A stretch of DNA of 64,000 bases from an uncultured Actinomycetota bacterium (GCA_963782905.1 CAWALI010000006.1:33268-97267); one strand, 5' to 3'. Positions 28,290 to 39,955 are shown, counted from the stretch's first letter. Notes: a model not told the origin generated them from the sequence alone. Translations and numbers: made by a program.

Positions 28290-29454
28290 CGATCCCGTCG
28301 GCGGCGTCGGCCGCCTCGATCTCCTCCCGCGAGATGCCGAGCAGGTAGAGGATCGTGTCGAGGTAGGGCACGTTGACCGAGGCGTCGGCGGCGTCGCGGA
28401 CCAGCGGCTTGGCGTTGTAGGCGATGCCGAGCCCGGCGGCGTTGAGCATGTCGAGGTCGTTGGCCCCGTCGCCGATGGCGATGGTGGCGTCGACGGGCAC
28501 CCCGATGTCCGCGGCGAACTCGCGCAGCGCGGTGGCCTTGCCGGCCCGGTCCACGACGGCGCCCACGACGCGTCCGGTGAGGCGGCCGTCGACGATCTCG
28601 AGCTCGTTGGCCCGCGAGTAGTGGATGCCGAGGTCGGCGGCCAGTCTGTCGGGTGATGTGGGTGAAGCCACCCGAGACGATCGCGAACCGGTAGCCCAGG
28701 CGGCGCAGCATCCGGACCATCGTGCGGGCGCCGGGGGCCAGCTCGATGGAGTCGTAGACCTCGGCGAGGGCCGACTCCGGCACGCCCTCCAGCAGCGCGA
28801 CGCGCTCGCGCAGGGACTCCTCGAAGTCGAGCTCGCCCCGCATCGCCCGCCTCGGTGACGGCGGGCGACCTCCGCCTCCGACCGGCGTGCGCGGCGATCA
28901 TCTCGATGACCTCGCCCTGGATGAGGGTGGAGTCGACGTCCATCACGATGAGCCGCATCGCCGCGGCGCAGCAGGCTGGCCGGCTGCACGGCGATGTCGA
29001 TGCCCTGGGTGGCGGCCTCGGTGGCGAGCAGCGGCCGCAGCACCTCGGGCTCCACGCCCGAGATGGACAGGTCGATGGCCGTCACCGGGTAGCGCGCCAT
29101 CCGCTCGATGCGGTCGATGTTGGCGCCGCAGTCGGCGATCCGGCCGGCGATGGCGGACATCGCTGCGGCCCGGAGCGGGGCGCCCAGCACGGTCACGTGG
29201 GAGCGGCCCGAGCCCGCCTCCCGGTTGTCCCCGACGCCGCGGTCGACCTCGACCTGCATCCCCAGCGAGGACGCGGTCTCCTCGACGGCGTCGCGCAGCT
29301 TCTTCCAGTCCCGCGGTGCGGTGATGAGCACCCCGAGCACCAGCCGGCGGCGCAGCACGATCTGCTCGATGTCGACGACCTCGACGCCGGCCGCCGACAG
29401 GGTCGCGAACATCGCGGAGGTGACGCCGGGCCGGTCCTTGCCGGTCAGGGTCAC
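28267..29454 (-). pseudogene. serB: Phosphoserine phosphatase SerB (ACT domains + HAD), interrupted by about 3 frameshifts (near 28970, 28860 and 28640)
   Basis: N-term ACT region is in the 29454 frame. RLIVMDVDSTLIQGEVIE is in ORF 27345..28958, MRGELDFEESLRERV...GGFTHI is in ORF 27428..28843, and the C-term GDGANDLDML is back in the 28267 frame. Confidence 0.75.
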
Positions 29455-29529
29455 CAGGAGGGTCTTGGGCTCGTCTTCCGTCCGCGTCGCTCATCTCGCG
29501 CCCGAGGCTATCCCCGCCGCGCGGGGTGC

Positions 29530-30264
29530 TCAGGACTCCGGCCACACCTCGGGCGAGCAGGCGGCGACCACGGCCCGCCGTGAGGCGCGCTCGAGGGGCG
29601 CCAGCGCGTCCCGGCGCCGTGCGATCTCGTACGACGACAGCGCACCGCCGTCGTCCTCCAGCGCCAGGTCGACGATCGCCCACCCCTGGAGCCCGCGCGC
29701 GGCCAGGTCGGTGCAGCGGGCCGGCACGCCCAGCGGCGCCTCCAGGTCGGGACGGTGCCGCAGGTTCATCAGCCGGTCGGCCACCTCCGGGCGCCACCGG
29801 GCGACGTCGAGGTCCGCGAGCAGGGTGGCGGCGTCGACGAGCGCGGCCCGCAGCGCCCGGTCCGCCTCGCCCACGTCGGGCAGCTGGCGCGGCGCGGACG
29901 GCAGCACCCGCCACCGCACGACCTCGCCCACCACGGCGGGCACCAGGGCGAACGACGCCAGCACGACGGCCTCCCCGGAGTCCACCGCCCGGTCGTTGAG
30001 GTCGCGGGGTCCGCCCAGCCCGAGCAGGTCGCCCTCCACCGGCAGCGCGATCCCGGCCCGGTCGGCGCCGCTGCGGCGGGCCGCGACGAAGGCGTCGAGG
30101 AGCGTCGTGCCGGAGCCGTCGGTGACGTCCTCCAGACCCTCGACGACGTGACCGAGGTCGCCGTGGGTGACGGCGTCGAGGACGTGGTCGGTGACCTCGT
30201 CGCCGCGCAGCCAGGCGGTCAGCCACCACGCGAGGCGGCCGGACAGGGGGAGTTCGAGTGACAC
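29530..30264 (-). CDS. Hypothetical protein (Asp/Ala/Leu-rich, no recognisable motif); start codon uncertain
   Basis: Long ORF with coding-like codon usage. Confidence 0.35.
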   Translation of the reverse strand: MSLELPLSGRLAWWLTAWLRGDEVTDHVLDAVTHGDLGHVVEGLEDVTDGSGTTLLDAFVAARRSGADRAGIALPVEGDLLGLGGPRDLNDRAVDSGEAVVLASFALVPAVVGEVVRWRVLPSAPRQLPDVGEADRALRAALVDAATLLADLDVARWRPEVADRLMNLRHRPDLEAPLGVPARCTDLAARGLQGWAIVDLALEDDGGALSSYEIARRRDALAPLERASRRAVVAACSPEVWPES

Positions 30265-30325
30265 GGCTGACGACGATACGTCGGGTGCGTCGGGAGCGCG
30301 GTCCCCGCTGGATAGGGTGAGCCGC

Positions 30326-31127
<802 letters not shown>

Positions 31128-31156
31128 GGCTGCACCCCACCGGATAGGGTCTGGCC

Positions 31157-31620
31157 ATGGACTGGCTGCTGCGACATCTCTGGGAGGCATGGCTCGGTCT
31201 GGCCATCGTGCTCGGGGTCGCCGAGATGTTCAGCCTCGACCTGATCGTGGGCATGCTCGCCGTCGGTGCCGTCGTCGGCATGGTCCTGGCCATCGCCGAC
31301 GTGCCCTTCGCCGTCCAGGTCCTCGGCGCGGCCGGAGCCTCGGTCGCCATGCTGGCCCTGGTCCGCCCGTCCATGGTGAAGAACCTGCACGGCGGGCCCG
31401 ACCTCGCCCTCGGCCACGGCAAGCTGGTGGGCACGCAAGGGATCGTGACCACCGAGATGAGCGGCCTGTCCACGGGCCGCATCCAGCATCGGCGGGGAGG
31501 ACTGGTCGGCGCGTCCCTACGACGAGACGTTGACCATCCCCGCGGGCGAGACCGTCGAGGTCCTCGCCATCAAGGGCGCGACGGCGTACGTGCACCCGGT
31601 CGCCCGGCTCGAGCTACTGA
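31157..31620 (+). CDS. NfeD-family membrane protein; frameshift near 31490, 3' end uncertain
   Basis: TM N-terminus. OB-fold C-terminus (TIPAGETVEVLAIKGATAYVHPVA) lies in a different frame (ORF 31530..). Confidence 0.55.
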
Positions 31621-31657
31621 CCCGCTCCACCACCATCACCACCCACGGGGGAACTAC

Positions 31658-32845
31658 ATGCCCACAGCACTGCTGGTCCTGTTCGTGCTGCTCGTCCTGT
31701 TCGTCGTCGTGCTGCTCGCCAAGACGGTCCGGATCGTGCCCCAGGCGCGCGCCGCGATCGTCGAGCGGTTCGGCAAGTACAAGGGCACGCTGCCGGCCGG
31801 GCTCAACATCCTGGTGCCGTTCATCGACAGGATGCGCTACCTCATCGACCTGCGCGAGCAGGTGGTGAGCTTCCCGCCGCAGCCGGTGATCACCGAGGAC
31901 AACCTGGTGGTCTCCATCGACACCGTCATCTACTTCCAGGTCACCGACCCGGTCGCCGCGACGTACGAGATCGCCAACTACATCCAGGCCATCGAGCAGC
32001 TCACCATGACGACGCTGCGCAACATCGTCGGTGGCATGGACCTCGAGGAGACGCTCACCAGCCGCGACTCCATCAACTCCGGCCTGCGTGGCGTCCTCGA
32101 CGAGGCGACCGGCAAGTGGGGCATCCGGGTCAACCGTGTCGAGCTCAAGGGCATCGACCCGCCGCCCTCCATCAAGGACTCGATGGAGAAGCAGATGCGG
32201 GCCGACCGCGAGAAGCGCGCCGTCATCCTCACCGCCGAGGGTCAGCGCCAGGCCGCGATCCTCACCGCCGAGGGCTCCAAGCAGTCGCAGATCCTCAACG
32301 CCCAGGGTGACCGGGAGTCGCAGATCCTGCGGGCCCAGGCCGACCGCGAGGCCTCGATCCTGCGCGCCCAGGGTGAGGGCCAGGCCATCCAGACGGTCTT
32401 CCAGGCCATCCACGACGGTCAGCCCGACCAGTCGCTGCTGGCCTACCAGTACCTGCAGATGATGCCCAAGATCGCCGAGGGCAGCGCCAACAAGGTGTGG
32501 GTCATCCCCTCCGAGATCACCAAGGCGATGGAGGGGCTCGGCTCCTCGATCCACGAGATCGCGGGCATCCCCAAGGACGCCACCCCGCGCACCCGCGTCG
32601 ACATGGGCCCGTCCGAGCCGGAGGGCGGTGTCAGCCCATCCGGTGACGCCGAGCTCAGCGACGCCAGCAAGGCCGTCGAGGAGGCCATCGCGGCCGCCGA
32701 GCTGGCGGCCCGGCCGACGGGTCGCGCCAGCAGCACGCCCAACACCTCCGGTGGGACGACCCCGCCGGTCGCCTCCGAGCCGGTCGACCCGTCGCCCGGC
32801 GAGGGCCCGGTCGACCCGAGTGCCCCGGGGGCAGCCGGCCAGTGA
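31658..32845 (+). CDS. SPFH/band-7 (stomatin-like) protein with a long Ala/Gln-rich coiled coil and Pro-rich tail
   Basis: TM anchor, then VRIVPQARAAIVERFGKY...EDNLVVSIDTVIYFQV; classic nfeD-SPFH pairing. Confidence 0.8.
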   Translation: MPTALLVLFVLLVLFVVVLLAKTVRIVPQARAAIVERFGKYKGTLPAGLNILVPFIDRMRYLIDLREQVVSFPPQPVITEDNLVVSIDTVIYFQVTDPVAATYEIANYIQAIEQLTMTTLRNIVGGMDLEETLTSRDSINSGLRGVLDEATGKWGIRVNRVELKGIDPPPSIKDSMEKQMRADREKRAVILTAEGQRQAAILTAEGSKQSQILNAQGDRESQILRAQADREASILRAQGEGQAIQTVFQAIHDGQPDQSLLAYQYLQMMPKIAEGSANKVWVIPSEITKAMEGLGSSIHEIAGIPKDATPRTRVDMGPSEPEGGVSPSGDAELSDASKAVEEAIAAAELAARPTGRASSTPNTSGGTTPPVASEPVDPSPGEGPVDPSAPGAAGQ

Positions 32846-33600
32846 CCTGGATCGAGGCCGTGCTGATCGCCCTGGCGGGCGTGGCGGCCGGAACCATCAA
32901 CACGGTGGTGGGGTCGGGGACGTTGATCACGTTCCCGACCCTGCTGGCGTTCGGCGTACCCCCGGTGACCGCCAACGTGTCCAACTCCATCGGGCTCGTG
33001 CCGGGCTCGGTCACCGGGGCCGTGGGCTACCGCCGCGAGCTGCGGGGCCAGCGCGCGCGCCTCCTGCACCTGGCCAGCGCCTCGGGCATCGGTGGCCTGC
33101 TCGGTGGCGTCCTGCTGCTGTGGCAGCCGGGTGCGTTCGAGGTCGTCGTGCCGGCGCTCATCCTCCTCGGCCTGCTGCTGGTGCTGGCCGGTCCGCGCAT
33201 CTCGGCGTACGTCGCCCGCCGCCACGAGGCCAGCGGAGGGCTGCCCGAGCGCGGCGCGTGGTGGGTGTGGCCGGGCATGTTCGCGTGTGGCGTGTACGGC
33301 GGCTACTTCGGCGCCGCCCAGGGCGTGCTGATGATGGCGGTGCTCGGCATCGGCGTGGATGAGACCCTGCAGCGGCTCAACGGCGCCAAGAACGTCCTCG
33401 CCGCCCTGGTCAACGGCATCTCCGGGCTGCTCTTCATCCTGCTCGCCGACGTGGACTGGAGGATCGTCGGGCTCATCGCGATCGGTGCCGTCGTCGGCGG
33501 GGTGCTCGGCTCCTCGGTCGGCCGCCGGCTGCCGGCGCCCGTGCTGCGCGGGTTCATCGTGGTGGTCGGCGTCGTGGCGCTGGTCGCCTTCCTCGTCTGA
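32842..33600 (+). CDS. TSUP (TauE/SafE) family membrane transporter
   Basis: Eight TM helices with internal repeats; start overlaps the SPFH stop. Confidence 0.7.
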   Translation: MTWIEAVLIALAGVAAGTINTVVGSGTLITFPTLLAFGVPPVTANVSNSIGLVPGSVTGAVGYRRELRGQRARLLHLASASGIGGLLGGVLLLWQPGAFEVVVPALILLGLLLVLAGPRISAYVARRHEASGGLPERGAWWVWPGMFACGVYGGYFGAAQGVLMMAVLGIGVDETLQRLNGAKNVLAALVNGISGLLFILLADVDWRIVGLIAIGAVVGGVLGSSVGRRLPAPVLRGFIVVVGVVALVAFLV

Positions 33601-33747
33601 GCACTGTCCCGACCGCGCGTGAGCGCGACGAGGCTTCAGACCGGGGGCACCGGGCATCCGCTCCCCGGTGCCGTTCCTGGTGGTCGGCCCGCCTGGTCCG
33701 CGGGGTCGCGCGGCAGCGGGGCCTCACCATCTGAGCGCCGTCGGGGC

Positions 33748-34746
33748 TCAGTGCTGCCGCACGTAAGCCCCGAGCCACCGGTCGATCTCGTCGTAGACCT
33801 TCGCCCGGACGTCGGGCAGGGACAGCACCACGTCGTGGCGTGCACCGTCGACGGCGATGCTGGTGACGTGCCGGCCCAGGCTGGGAGCCCAGCGCCGGAT
33901 CTGCTCGACGTCCAGCACGACGTCGTTGCTGTGCACGGCCTCGCCCATGGTGGTGGGCCACGCGGAGGTCGCCGACGACAGCACCAGGCAGGGCGCGGGC
34001 ACGTCGAGGCCGCGGTGCAGCTCGGCGTGGCCGCGGCGCACGGCGCGCAACCACCCGACGTACACCGGATAGGACTCGACGGGCTTCCAGTCGAGGTTGA
34101 AGTCGAACTCGCCGTGGTGGTCGCGGTGCAGCGACTGGGTGTAGACGCCGCTGACCTTGCGGGGGATGAGTCGCCGCGGCCGGCGCGCGCCCATCCGGTC
34201 GATGGCGATCCGGGCGGCCGGGGTGCGGAGCCAGGCCGAGCCCTGCAGGTCGAACCAGGGTGAGTTGAGGAAGACGCCCGCCAGGGCCACGGGGCGACGC
34301 TCGTGCAGCCACAGCGGCAGGGTCAGCCCGCCGGTGGAGTGGGCGGTGGCCACCACCGTGGCGTGCCCGGCGGTCACCCGCTCCCACGCGGCGTCGAGGT
34401 CGGGGAAGTACTCCCGGAGGTCCTCGACGTAGTTGGGCGTCTGGTGCTCGAGCAGCGACCGGCCGTACTTGCGCAGGTCGAGGGCGTAGAAGTCGTAGCC
34501 CCGGGCGTTCCACCACTCGGCGTACTCGGTGTGGAAGAAGTAGTCGGCGAAGCCATGGACGTGCAGCACGGCCCGGTCGGTCGGCTCGGCGGCCGGGCGG
34601 TGGACCAGCGTGGCGCGGACCGGACCCTCCGCGTCCTCGCCGAGGTCGAGGGTCTCCACGGTGTACGGCGCGCCGAGGACGTCGTACGTCGGGTCAGGGG
34701 CCATGGCGCGCACGATATCGGGCGACCGCCGCGGGAGGGACGGCAC
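33748..34746 (-). CDS. Alpha/beta hydrolase (lysophospholipase-like)
   Basis: HGFADYFFH...AHSTGG nucleophile elbow. Confidence 0.65.
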   Translation of the reverse strand: MPSLPRRSPDIVRAMAPDPTYDVLGAPYTVETLDLGEDAEGPVRATLVHRPAAEPTDRAVLHVHGFADYFFHTEYAEWWNARGYDFYALDLRKYGRSLLEHQTPNYVEDLREYFPDLDAAWERVTAGHATVVATAHSTGGLTLPLWLHERRPVALAGVFLNSPWFDLQGSAWLRTPAARIAIDRMGARRPRRLIPRKVSGVYTQSLHRDHHGEFDFNLDWKPVESYPVYVGWLRAVRRGHAELHRGLDVPAPCLVLSSATSAWPTTMGEAVHSNDVVLDVEQIRRWAPSLGRHVTSIAVDGARHDVVLSLPDVRAKVYDEIDRWLGAYVRQH

Positions 34747-34797
34747 GAGGGGCCACGGACGCTGTCCGGGGCCCCTCGTGGTCGTGCGTGTGGTCGA

Positions 34798-36387
34798 TCA
34801 GCTCGACGCGTGGGTGTCGCTCTCCACGACCGGCGCCGAGGCGTCGTCCTGCGCGTCGTCCGGCTGGCCGCCGGGGTTGTGGTTGGGGCCGTCGGCCCGC
34901 ACGAGCTCCTCGATCTGCTTGCCGCAGTCGGCGTCGACGGCCTTCCAGTAGGCGAAGGCGCGCTCGAGGACGTCGCCCTCGACCCCGCCGAGGAGGTGAC
35001 CGGCGACCGTCTTGACGAAGTTGGCCCGGATCTCGTCGTCCCACACCTCGCGGACGAGGGCGCCGGCCTGTCCGAAGTCGTCGTCGTCGCTGCGCAGCGT
35101 GTAGGCCTGGCGCACCATCGCGCCGTCGGCCTCCCAGCCGTCGCTCACCTCGCCGACCTCATCGGCGTACCCGCGACCGAACGAGTTGGGCGCGTAGACC
35201 GGGTCGTCGGCGCGGTGCTCGTAGGCCATCGGCCCGTCCTGCGTGTAGGTGTTGATCTCCACCCGGGGGCGGTTGACCGGCAGCTGCAGGTAGTTGGGGC
35301 CGATGCGGTAACGGTGCGTGTCGGAGTAGGCGAAGGCGCGCCCGAGCAGCATCTTGTCGGGGGAGAAGCCGATGCCGGGGACGGTGGCCGACGGCTCGAA
35401 GGCCGCCTGCTCGATCTCGGCGAAGAAGTTCTCCGGGTTGCGGTCGAGCGTCATGGTGCCGACCTCGATGAGCGGGTAGTCGCTGTGCGGCCACACCTTG
35501 GTGAGATCGAACGGGTTGAACCGGTAGGTCCGGGCGTCCTCGTAGGGCATCGCCTGGATCGACAGGGTCCACGACGGGTGGTCGCCGGCCGCGATGGAGT
35601 CGTAGAGGTCGCGACGGTGGAAGTCGGCGTCCTCGCCGGCGATCCGGGTGGCGTCGGCGTCGGCCAGGCCCTCGACGCCCTGGTTGCTGTGGAAGTGGTA
35701 CTTCACCCAGTGCTTCTCACCGGCGGCGTTGATCCACAGGTAGGTGTGCGAGCCGTAGCCGTTCATGTGGCGGTAGGACTTCGGGATGCCGCGGTCGCCC
35801 ATGAGGTAGGTGACCTGGTGCGCCGACTCGGGATTGAGCGACCAGAAGTCCCACTGCATGTTGTTGTCGCGCAGCCCGTTGCCGCCGCGGCGCTTCTGCG
35901 AGCGGATGAAGTGCGGGAACTTCATGGTGTCGCGGATGAAGAACACGGGGGTGTTGTTGCCGACGAGGTCGTAGTTGCCCTCAGACGTGTAGAACTTCAG
36001 CGCGAAGCCGCGGGGGTCGCGCCAGGTGTCGGGGGAGCCCTGCTCGCCGGCGACGGTGGAGAAGCGCGCGAGCATCTCGGTCTTCACGCCCGGCTGGAAG
36101 AGGCCGGCCTTGGTGTAGGCGCTGACGTCCTGCGTCGTCTCGAACCGGCCGAAGGCGCCGGAGCCCTTGGCGTGCACGTTGCGCTCCGGGATCCGCTCCC
36201 GGTTGAAGTGCGCCATCTGGCTGAGGAAGTGCACGTCGTGGAGCAGGATCGGCCCGTCGGCGCCGAGGGTCAGCGAGTTGCGGTCGCTGGGAGCGGGGGC
36301 GCCGGTGTCCGTCGTCGAGCCGAGCGACGCCTCCGACGAAGGAGCCGTGGCGATCGAGGTGTCCGTGGGCTGGGGGAGGTCGGGCAT
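34798..36387 (-). CDS. katA: Catalase (monofunctional, small-subunit clade)
   Basis: [30 protein letters not shown]-like region, and the heme Tyr region [12 protein letters not shown]. Confidence 0.9.
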   Translation of the reverse strand: MPDLPQPTDTSIATAPSSEASLGSTTDTGAPAPSDRNSLTLGADGPILLHDVHFLSQMAHFNRERIPERNVHAKGSGAFGRFETTQDVSAYTKAGLFQPGVKTEMLARFSTVAGEQGSPDTWRDPRGFALKFYTSEGNYDLVGNNTPVFFIRDTMKFPHFIRSQKRRGGNGLRDNNMQWDFWSLNPESAHQVTYLMGDRGIPKSYRHMNGYGSHTYLWINAAGEKHWVKYHFHSNQGVEGLADADATRIAGEDADFHRRDLYDSIAAGDHPSWTLSIQAMPYEDARTYRFNPFDLTKVWPHSDYPLIEVGTMTLDRNPENFFAEIEQAAFEPSATVPGIGFSPDKMLLGRAFAYSDTHRYRIGPNYLQLPVNRPRVEINTYTQDGPMAYEHRADDPVYAPNSFGRGYADEVGEVSDGWEADGAMVRQAYTLRSDDDDFGQAGALVREVWDDEIRANFVKTVAGHLLGGVEGDVLERAFAYWKAVDADCGKQIEELVRADGPNHNPGGQPDDAQDDASAPVVESDTHASS

Positions 36388-36516
36388 GTCACTCCTGGTG
36401 GTCGTGGTGGTGTGGTGCGAGCGCTGCCGGGTCCTTGAGGAGGCTGCGTGTGACGCATCTCCAACGTCGCACTCGATCTGGAACAGGTCAAGAAAACGCG
36501 CCCGGCGGGGTGGGGT

Positions 36517-36933
36517 TCATCCGAGGAGGTCGGGGCGGCCGAACATCTCCGCGGTGGCCCGGGCGCTCGGGGTGCCCGCGTCGGGGTCGGCGCCGCCCGC
36601 GAGCAGGGCCGCCACCACGTCGTCCTCACCCTTGAAGACCGCGCCGGCCAGCGGCGACTGACCGCGGGCGTTGGGTCGGTCGGGGTCGGCGCCGCGGCCC
36701 AGCAGCATGGTGACGGTCCCGGCATGGCCGTGGTACGCCGCGAGCATCAGGACGGTGTTGCCGTCGCCGTCGGGGTGGTTGGCCGGGAAGCCACCGTCGA
36801 CGTAGCGGGCGAGCAGCTCGGTCTGCCCCTCGCGGGCGCAGTCCATGGCGAAGGCGACGATGCCGGCGAGCTGGTCCTCGGACGGTCGGTCCTCGTCGCT
36901 CGTGGGCTCGGTGTGGTCGGGGGTGTCGGTCAT
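36517..36933 (-). CDS. Ankyrin-repeat protein (AnkB-like catalase partner)
   Basis: GNTVLMLAAYHGHAGTVTMLLGRGADPD and a second repeat; located directly upstream of the catalase. Confidence 0.7.
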   Translation of the reverse strand: MTDTPDHTEPTSDEDRPSEDQLAGIVAFAMDCAREGQTELLARYVDGGFPANHPDGDGNTVLMLAAYHGHAGTVTMLLGRGADPDRPNARGQSPLAGAVFKGEDDVVAALLAGGADPDAGTPSARATAEMFGRPDLLG

Positions 36934-37009
36934 GGTCCAGCGAGCGTAGGGGGCGCCTCCGACATCGGGCGATCTGCCTCGGCGGGCCGACCCCGACCCG
37001 TATCCTCCG

Positions 37010-38116
37010 GTGGTGTCGACAGCTCTCGGAACCGTGCCCCGACGGGTGGCGTCGCACGTGCACGACCGGGTCGAGGGCTGGCGCACGGGATCGCCGGCGA
37101 GCCAGGTCTACGTGCTGTGCATCCTGCTCGTCGTCTCCGCCGTCTCCTTCGTCGCGTCCTGGGTGGCCTACGACCTGGTGCCCCTCACCCTGTGGTTCGT
37201 GTGGCTCCTGCTCGGGGTGCTGCTGCTGCGGACGGTGCCGTTGCTCGCACTGTCCGCGGCCGTCCTCGTCGCGGCGGGGGTCGCGACGCTGCACCACGGC
37301 CTGGACGGGCCTTCGGCGGCCGGCCTGGTCACCCTGGCGGTGTCCGTGGGCCTGGTGGCCGGCCAGTCCAGCCGGCAACGCTCCGGCCTTCCGGTCGCCC
37401 TGAGCGAGCCGATGCTGGCCCAGCTGCGGGACCGCCTGCAGCGACAGGGCGTCGTACCCGACCTGCCGGCGCCGTGGCGGTCCCAGTCGGCGATGCTCAG
37501 CGCCCACGGCACGCGGTACGCCGGCGACTTCCTGGTCGCCGACCTGCGGGAGGAACGGCACCTCGAGATGGTGCTGGTCGACGTGTGCGGCAAGGGGGCC
37601 TCGGTCGGTCCCCAGGCCCTCCAGTTCGCCGGTGCCCTCGGCGGCCTGCTCGGGGCGCTGCCGCCCGACGCGCTGATGCGGGCGGCCAACGCGTTCCTGC
37701 TGCGCCAGGACTCCGACGAGTCCTTCGCCACCGCCGTGCACGTCCGCGTCGACCTGGAGACCGGCGACTACACGATCACCAGTGCCGGGCACCCGCCCGT
37801 GCTCCACTGGCGCCCCGCGCTGTCGCAGTGGGCTGTCGACAACGCACGCGGTACGGCGCTCGGCGTGGTCCCGGACCCGGAGCTGCGGGCCAGCGAGGGC
37901 CGCCTCGGCGAGGGGGAGGCCTTGATGTTCTACACCGACGGGGTCATCGAGACGCGGGGCCGGGACCTCGACGACGGCCTGGCGTGGCTGCGCGAGGTGG
38001 CACGCACCGCTGTGCAGGCTCACGGCTTCGCGGGCGTCGCCCGGGCAGTCCTGCGCGAGGTGCCGCGCGGCGACGACGACCGGGCCGTGCTGGTGCTCGA
38101 CCTGGGCGCCGCGTGA
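37010..38116 (+). CDS. Membrane-anchored PP2C-family Ser/Thr phosphatase (SpoIIE/RsbU-like)
   Basis: N-terminal TM region plus AGDFLVAD...LVDVCGKG...AGHPP...FYTDGV. Confidence 0.7.
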   Translation: MVSTALGTVPRRVASHVHDRVEGWRTGSPASQVYVLCILLVVSAVSFVASWVAYDLVPLTLWFVWLLLGVLLLRTVPLLALSAAVLVAAGVATLHHGLDGPSAAGLVTLAVSVGLVAGQSSRQRSGLPVALSEPMLAQLRDRLQRQGVVPDLPAPWRSQSAMLSAHGTRYAGDFLVADLREERHLEMVLVDVCGKGASVGPQALQFAGALGGLLGALPPDALMRAANAFLLRQDSDESFATAVHVRVDLETGDYTITSAGHPPVLHWRPALSQWAVDNARGTALGVVPDPELRASEGRLGEGEALMFYTDGVIETRGRDLDDGLAWLREVARTAVQAHGFAGVARAVLREVPRGDDDRAVLVLDLGAA

Positions 38117-38129
38117 CCCGGCCGGGCCC

Positions 38130-38783
38130 CTAGTCCCGGACCCGGCCGGTCTCGTACCCCCACATCGCGACCTCCACCCGGTTGCGGGCGCCGAGCTTGG
38201 CCATGAGGCTGCCGATGTGGGTCTTCACCGTGCTGAGGCTGATGTGGAGCTCGGTGGCGATCTCTGCGTTGGTGCGACCCCGCGCGAGGGTGAGCAGCAC
38301 CTGCTCCTCGCGTTCGGTGAGCGGGTCGAGGGGCTGGGCGGGAGCCGCCCGACCCGTGCCCGCGAACGTCGACAGCAGCCGGCGGGTGATGCTGGGCGAG
38401 ATGAGCGAGTCACCGCGGGTGGCCGCCCGGATCGCCTCGCCGAGCAGCTCGGGTCCGGCGTCCTTCAGCAGGAAGCCGGTGGCGCCGGCCGACAGCGCAC
38501 CGTGCACGTACTCGTCGAGGTCGAAGGTGGTGATCACGACGACCGCGACCGGATCCTCGACGCCCGGCCCGGCCAGCAGGCGGGTCGCTTCGACGCCGTC
38601 GAGGACGGGCATCCGGATGTCCATCAGGCACACGTCGGGGCGGAGCTCGCGGGCCAGCCGCACCGCCTCCTGCCCGTCGCGCGCCTCTCCCACGACCTCG
38701 ATGCCCTCCAGGGTGCCGAGGATCAGTCGCAGGCCGGTCCGCACGAGATCCTGGTCGTCGGCGACCAGCACCCGGATGCTCAC
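38130..38783 (-). CDS. NarL/LuxR-family response regulator
   Basis: REC domain (VLVADDQDLVR...DVCLMDIRMP) plus C-terminal HTH (LTEREEQVLLTLARGRTNAEIA). Confidence 0.85.
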   Translation of the reverse strand: MSIRVLVADDQDLVRTGLRLILGTLEGIEVVGEARDGQEAVRLARELRPDVCLMDIRMPVLDGVEATRLLAGPGVEDPVAVVVITTFDLDEYVHGALSAGATGFLLKDAGPELLGEAIRAATRGDSLISPSITRRLLSTFAGTGRAAPAQPLDPLTEREEQVLLTLARGRTNAEIATELHISLSTVKTHIGSLMAKLGARNRVEVAMWGYETGRVRD

Positions 38784-39955
38784 GCCGGCACCTGCCGCGG
38801 CAGTGTCGCGCTGACGGCCCAGCCGCGACCGGGGCAGGGACCTGCCCGGCACGCGCCACCCAGGAGCAGCGCGCGTTCCTCCATCCCGGTGAGCCCGAAC
38901 CCCGCTTCGGGGGCGGGGTCGCCCGCGCGCCGGTCACCGTCGTCGCGGACGACGAGGCTGACCGTCGACTCCTCGCCGGCGACGCGCACGTCGACCAGGG
39001 TGGCGTTCCGGGCATGCCGCAGGGCGTTGGTGACCGCCTCCTGAGCGATCCGGAAGACCGCGGCGTCGATCGCCGCCGGGAGTGCGGCGAGGTCACCCGA
39101 GACCCTGACCTCCACCCGCGGTCCGGCGGGCGATGCCCCGGACAACCGTTCGAGGTCGGCCACGCCGGGCTGCGGGGCGTAGTCGACGGGTGCCCCGTTG
39201 CGCAGCACGCGGACCATCGCCCGCATCTCCGCGAGCGTGCGCGTCGCCTCCAGCTCGATCACCTCCAGCGCCTCGAGGGGCGACGACGGGCTGGTCGCCG
39301 CGAGGGCGCGCCCTGCCTGGGCCTGGACGGCGATGGCAGAGACGTGGTGCGCCACCGTGTCGTGCAGCTCGCGCGCCAGCAGGACCCGCTCCTCCGACTT
39401 CACCTGCTCCATCCGTCGCTCGCCGGAGCCGTGCTGCGAACGCACGGCCCAGCCCACGGCGAAGGCGGACATCAGGACACCGACGCCGCCGACTGCCTCG
39501 GCCACCCCGGGCCAGTCGGCGACGATCGCGATGGTGGCCGGGACCAGGATGATCGCCAGACCCGCCACTGCCTCTCGCCCGGAACCCCACCGGAAGAGGG
39601 AGTAGGGCAGCAGCAGGACGTAGAGCATCGTGTACACGTCGAGCGCCGGTGCGTCGGACGCGATCAGGCCGATGTCCACGACCGCGACCACGCCGAAGGT
39701 GGTCGCGACCACGACGAGCGGGTGCGTACGCCGCCACAGCAGCAGCGGCGCCAGTCCGAGCGTCAACACCACCGACAGCCCCGGTAGCGGCATGTCCTCG
39801 CGCAGGGCACCCTCCAGCACCACGCAGACCGTCACGAACGCCAGCAGCGCCCAGTCCCGCCACACCCGAACCGGCGGGGCCGAGGGCCGGGGTTCCTCCA
39901 GCAGGGACCGCAGTGGATTGCTCACCCCCTCAGCGTAGGGACGGAGTGCCGCCAT
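38780..39955 (-). CDS. Sensor histidine kinase (HisKA_3 / NarX-type)
   Basis: TM N-terminus, then ARELHDTVAHHVS H-box and an HATPase domain with GFGLTGMEER. Confidence 0.8.
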   Translation of the reverse strand: MAALRPYAEGVSNPLRSLLEEPRPSAPPVRVWRDWALLAFVTVCVVLEGALREDMPLPGLSVVLTLGLAPLLLWRRTHPLVVVATTFGVVAVVDIGLIASDAPALDVYTMLYVLLLPYSLFRWGSGREAVAGLAIILVPATIAIVADWPGVAEAVGGVGVLMSAFAVGWAVRSQHGSGERRMEQVKSEERVLLARELHDTVAHHVSAIAVQAQAGRALAATSPSSPLEALEVIELEATRTLAEMRAMVRVLRNGAPVDYAPQPGVADLERLSGASPAGPRVEVRVSGDLAALPAAIDAAVFRIAQEAVTNALRHARNATLVDVRVAGEESTVSLVVRDDGDRRAGDPAPEAGFGLTGMEERALLLGGACRAGPCPGRGWAVSATLPRQVPA

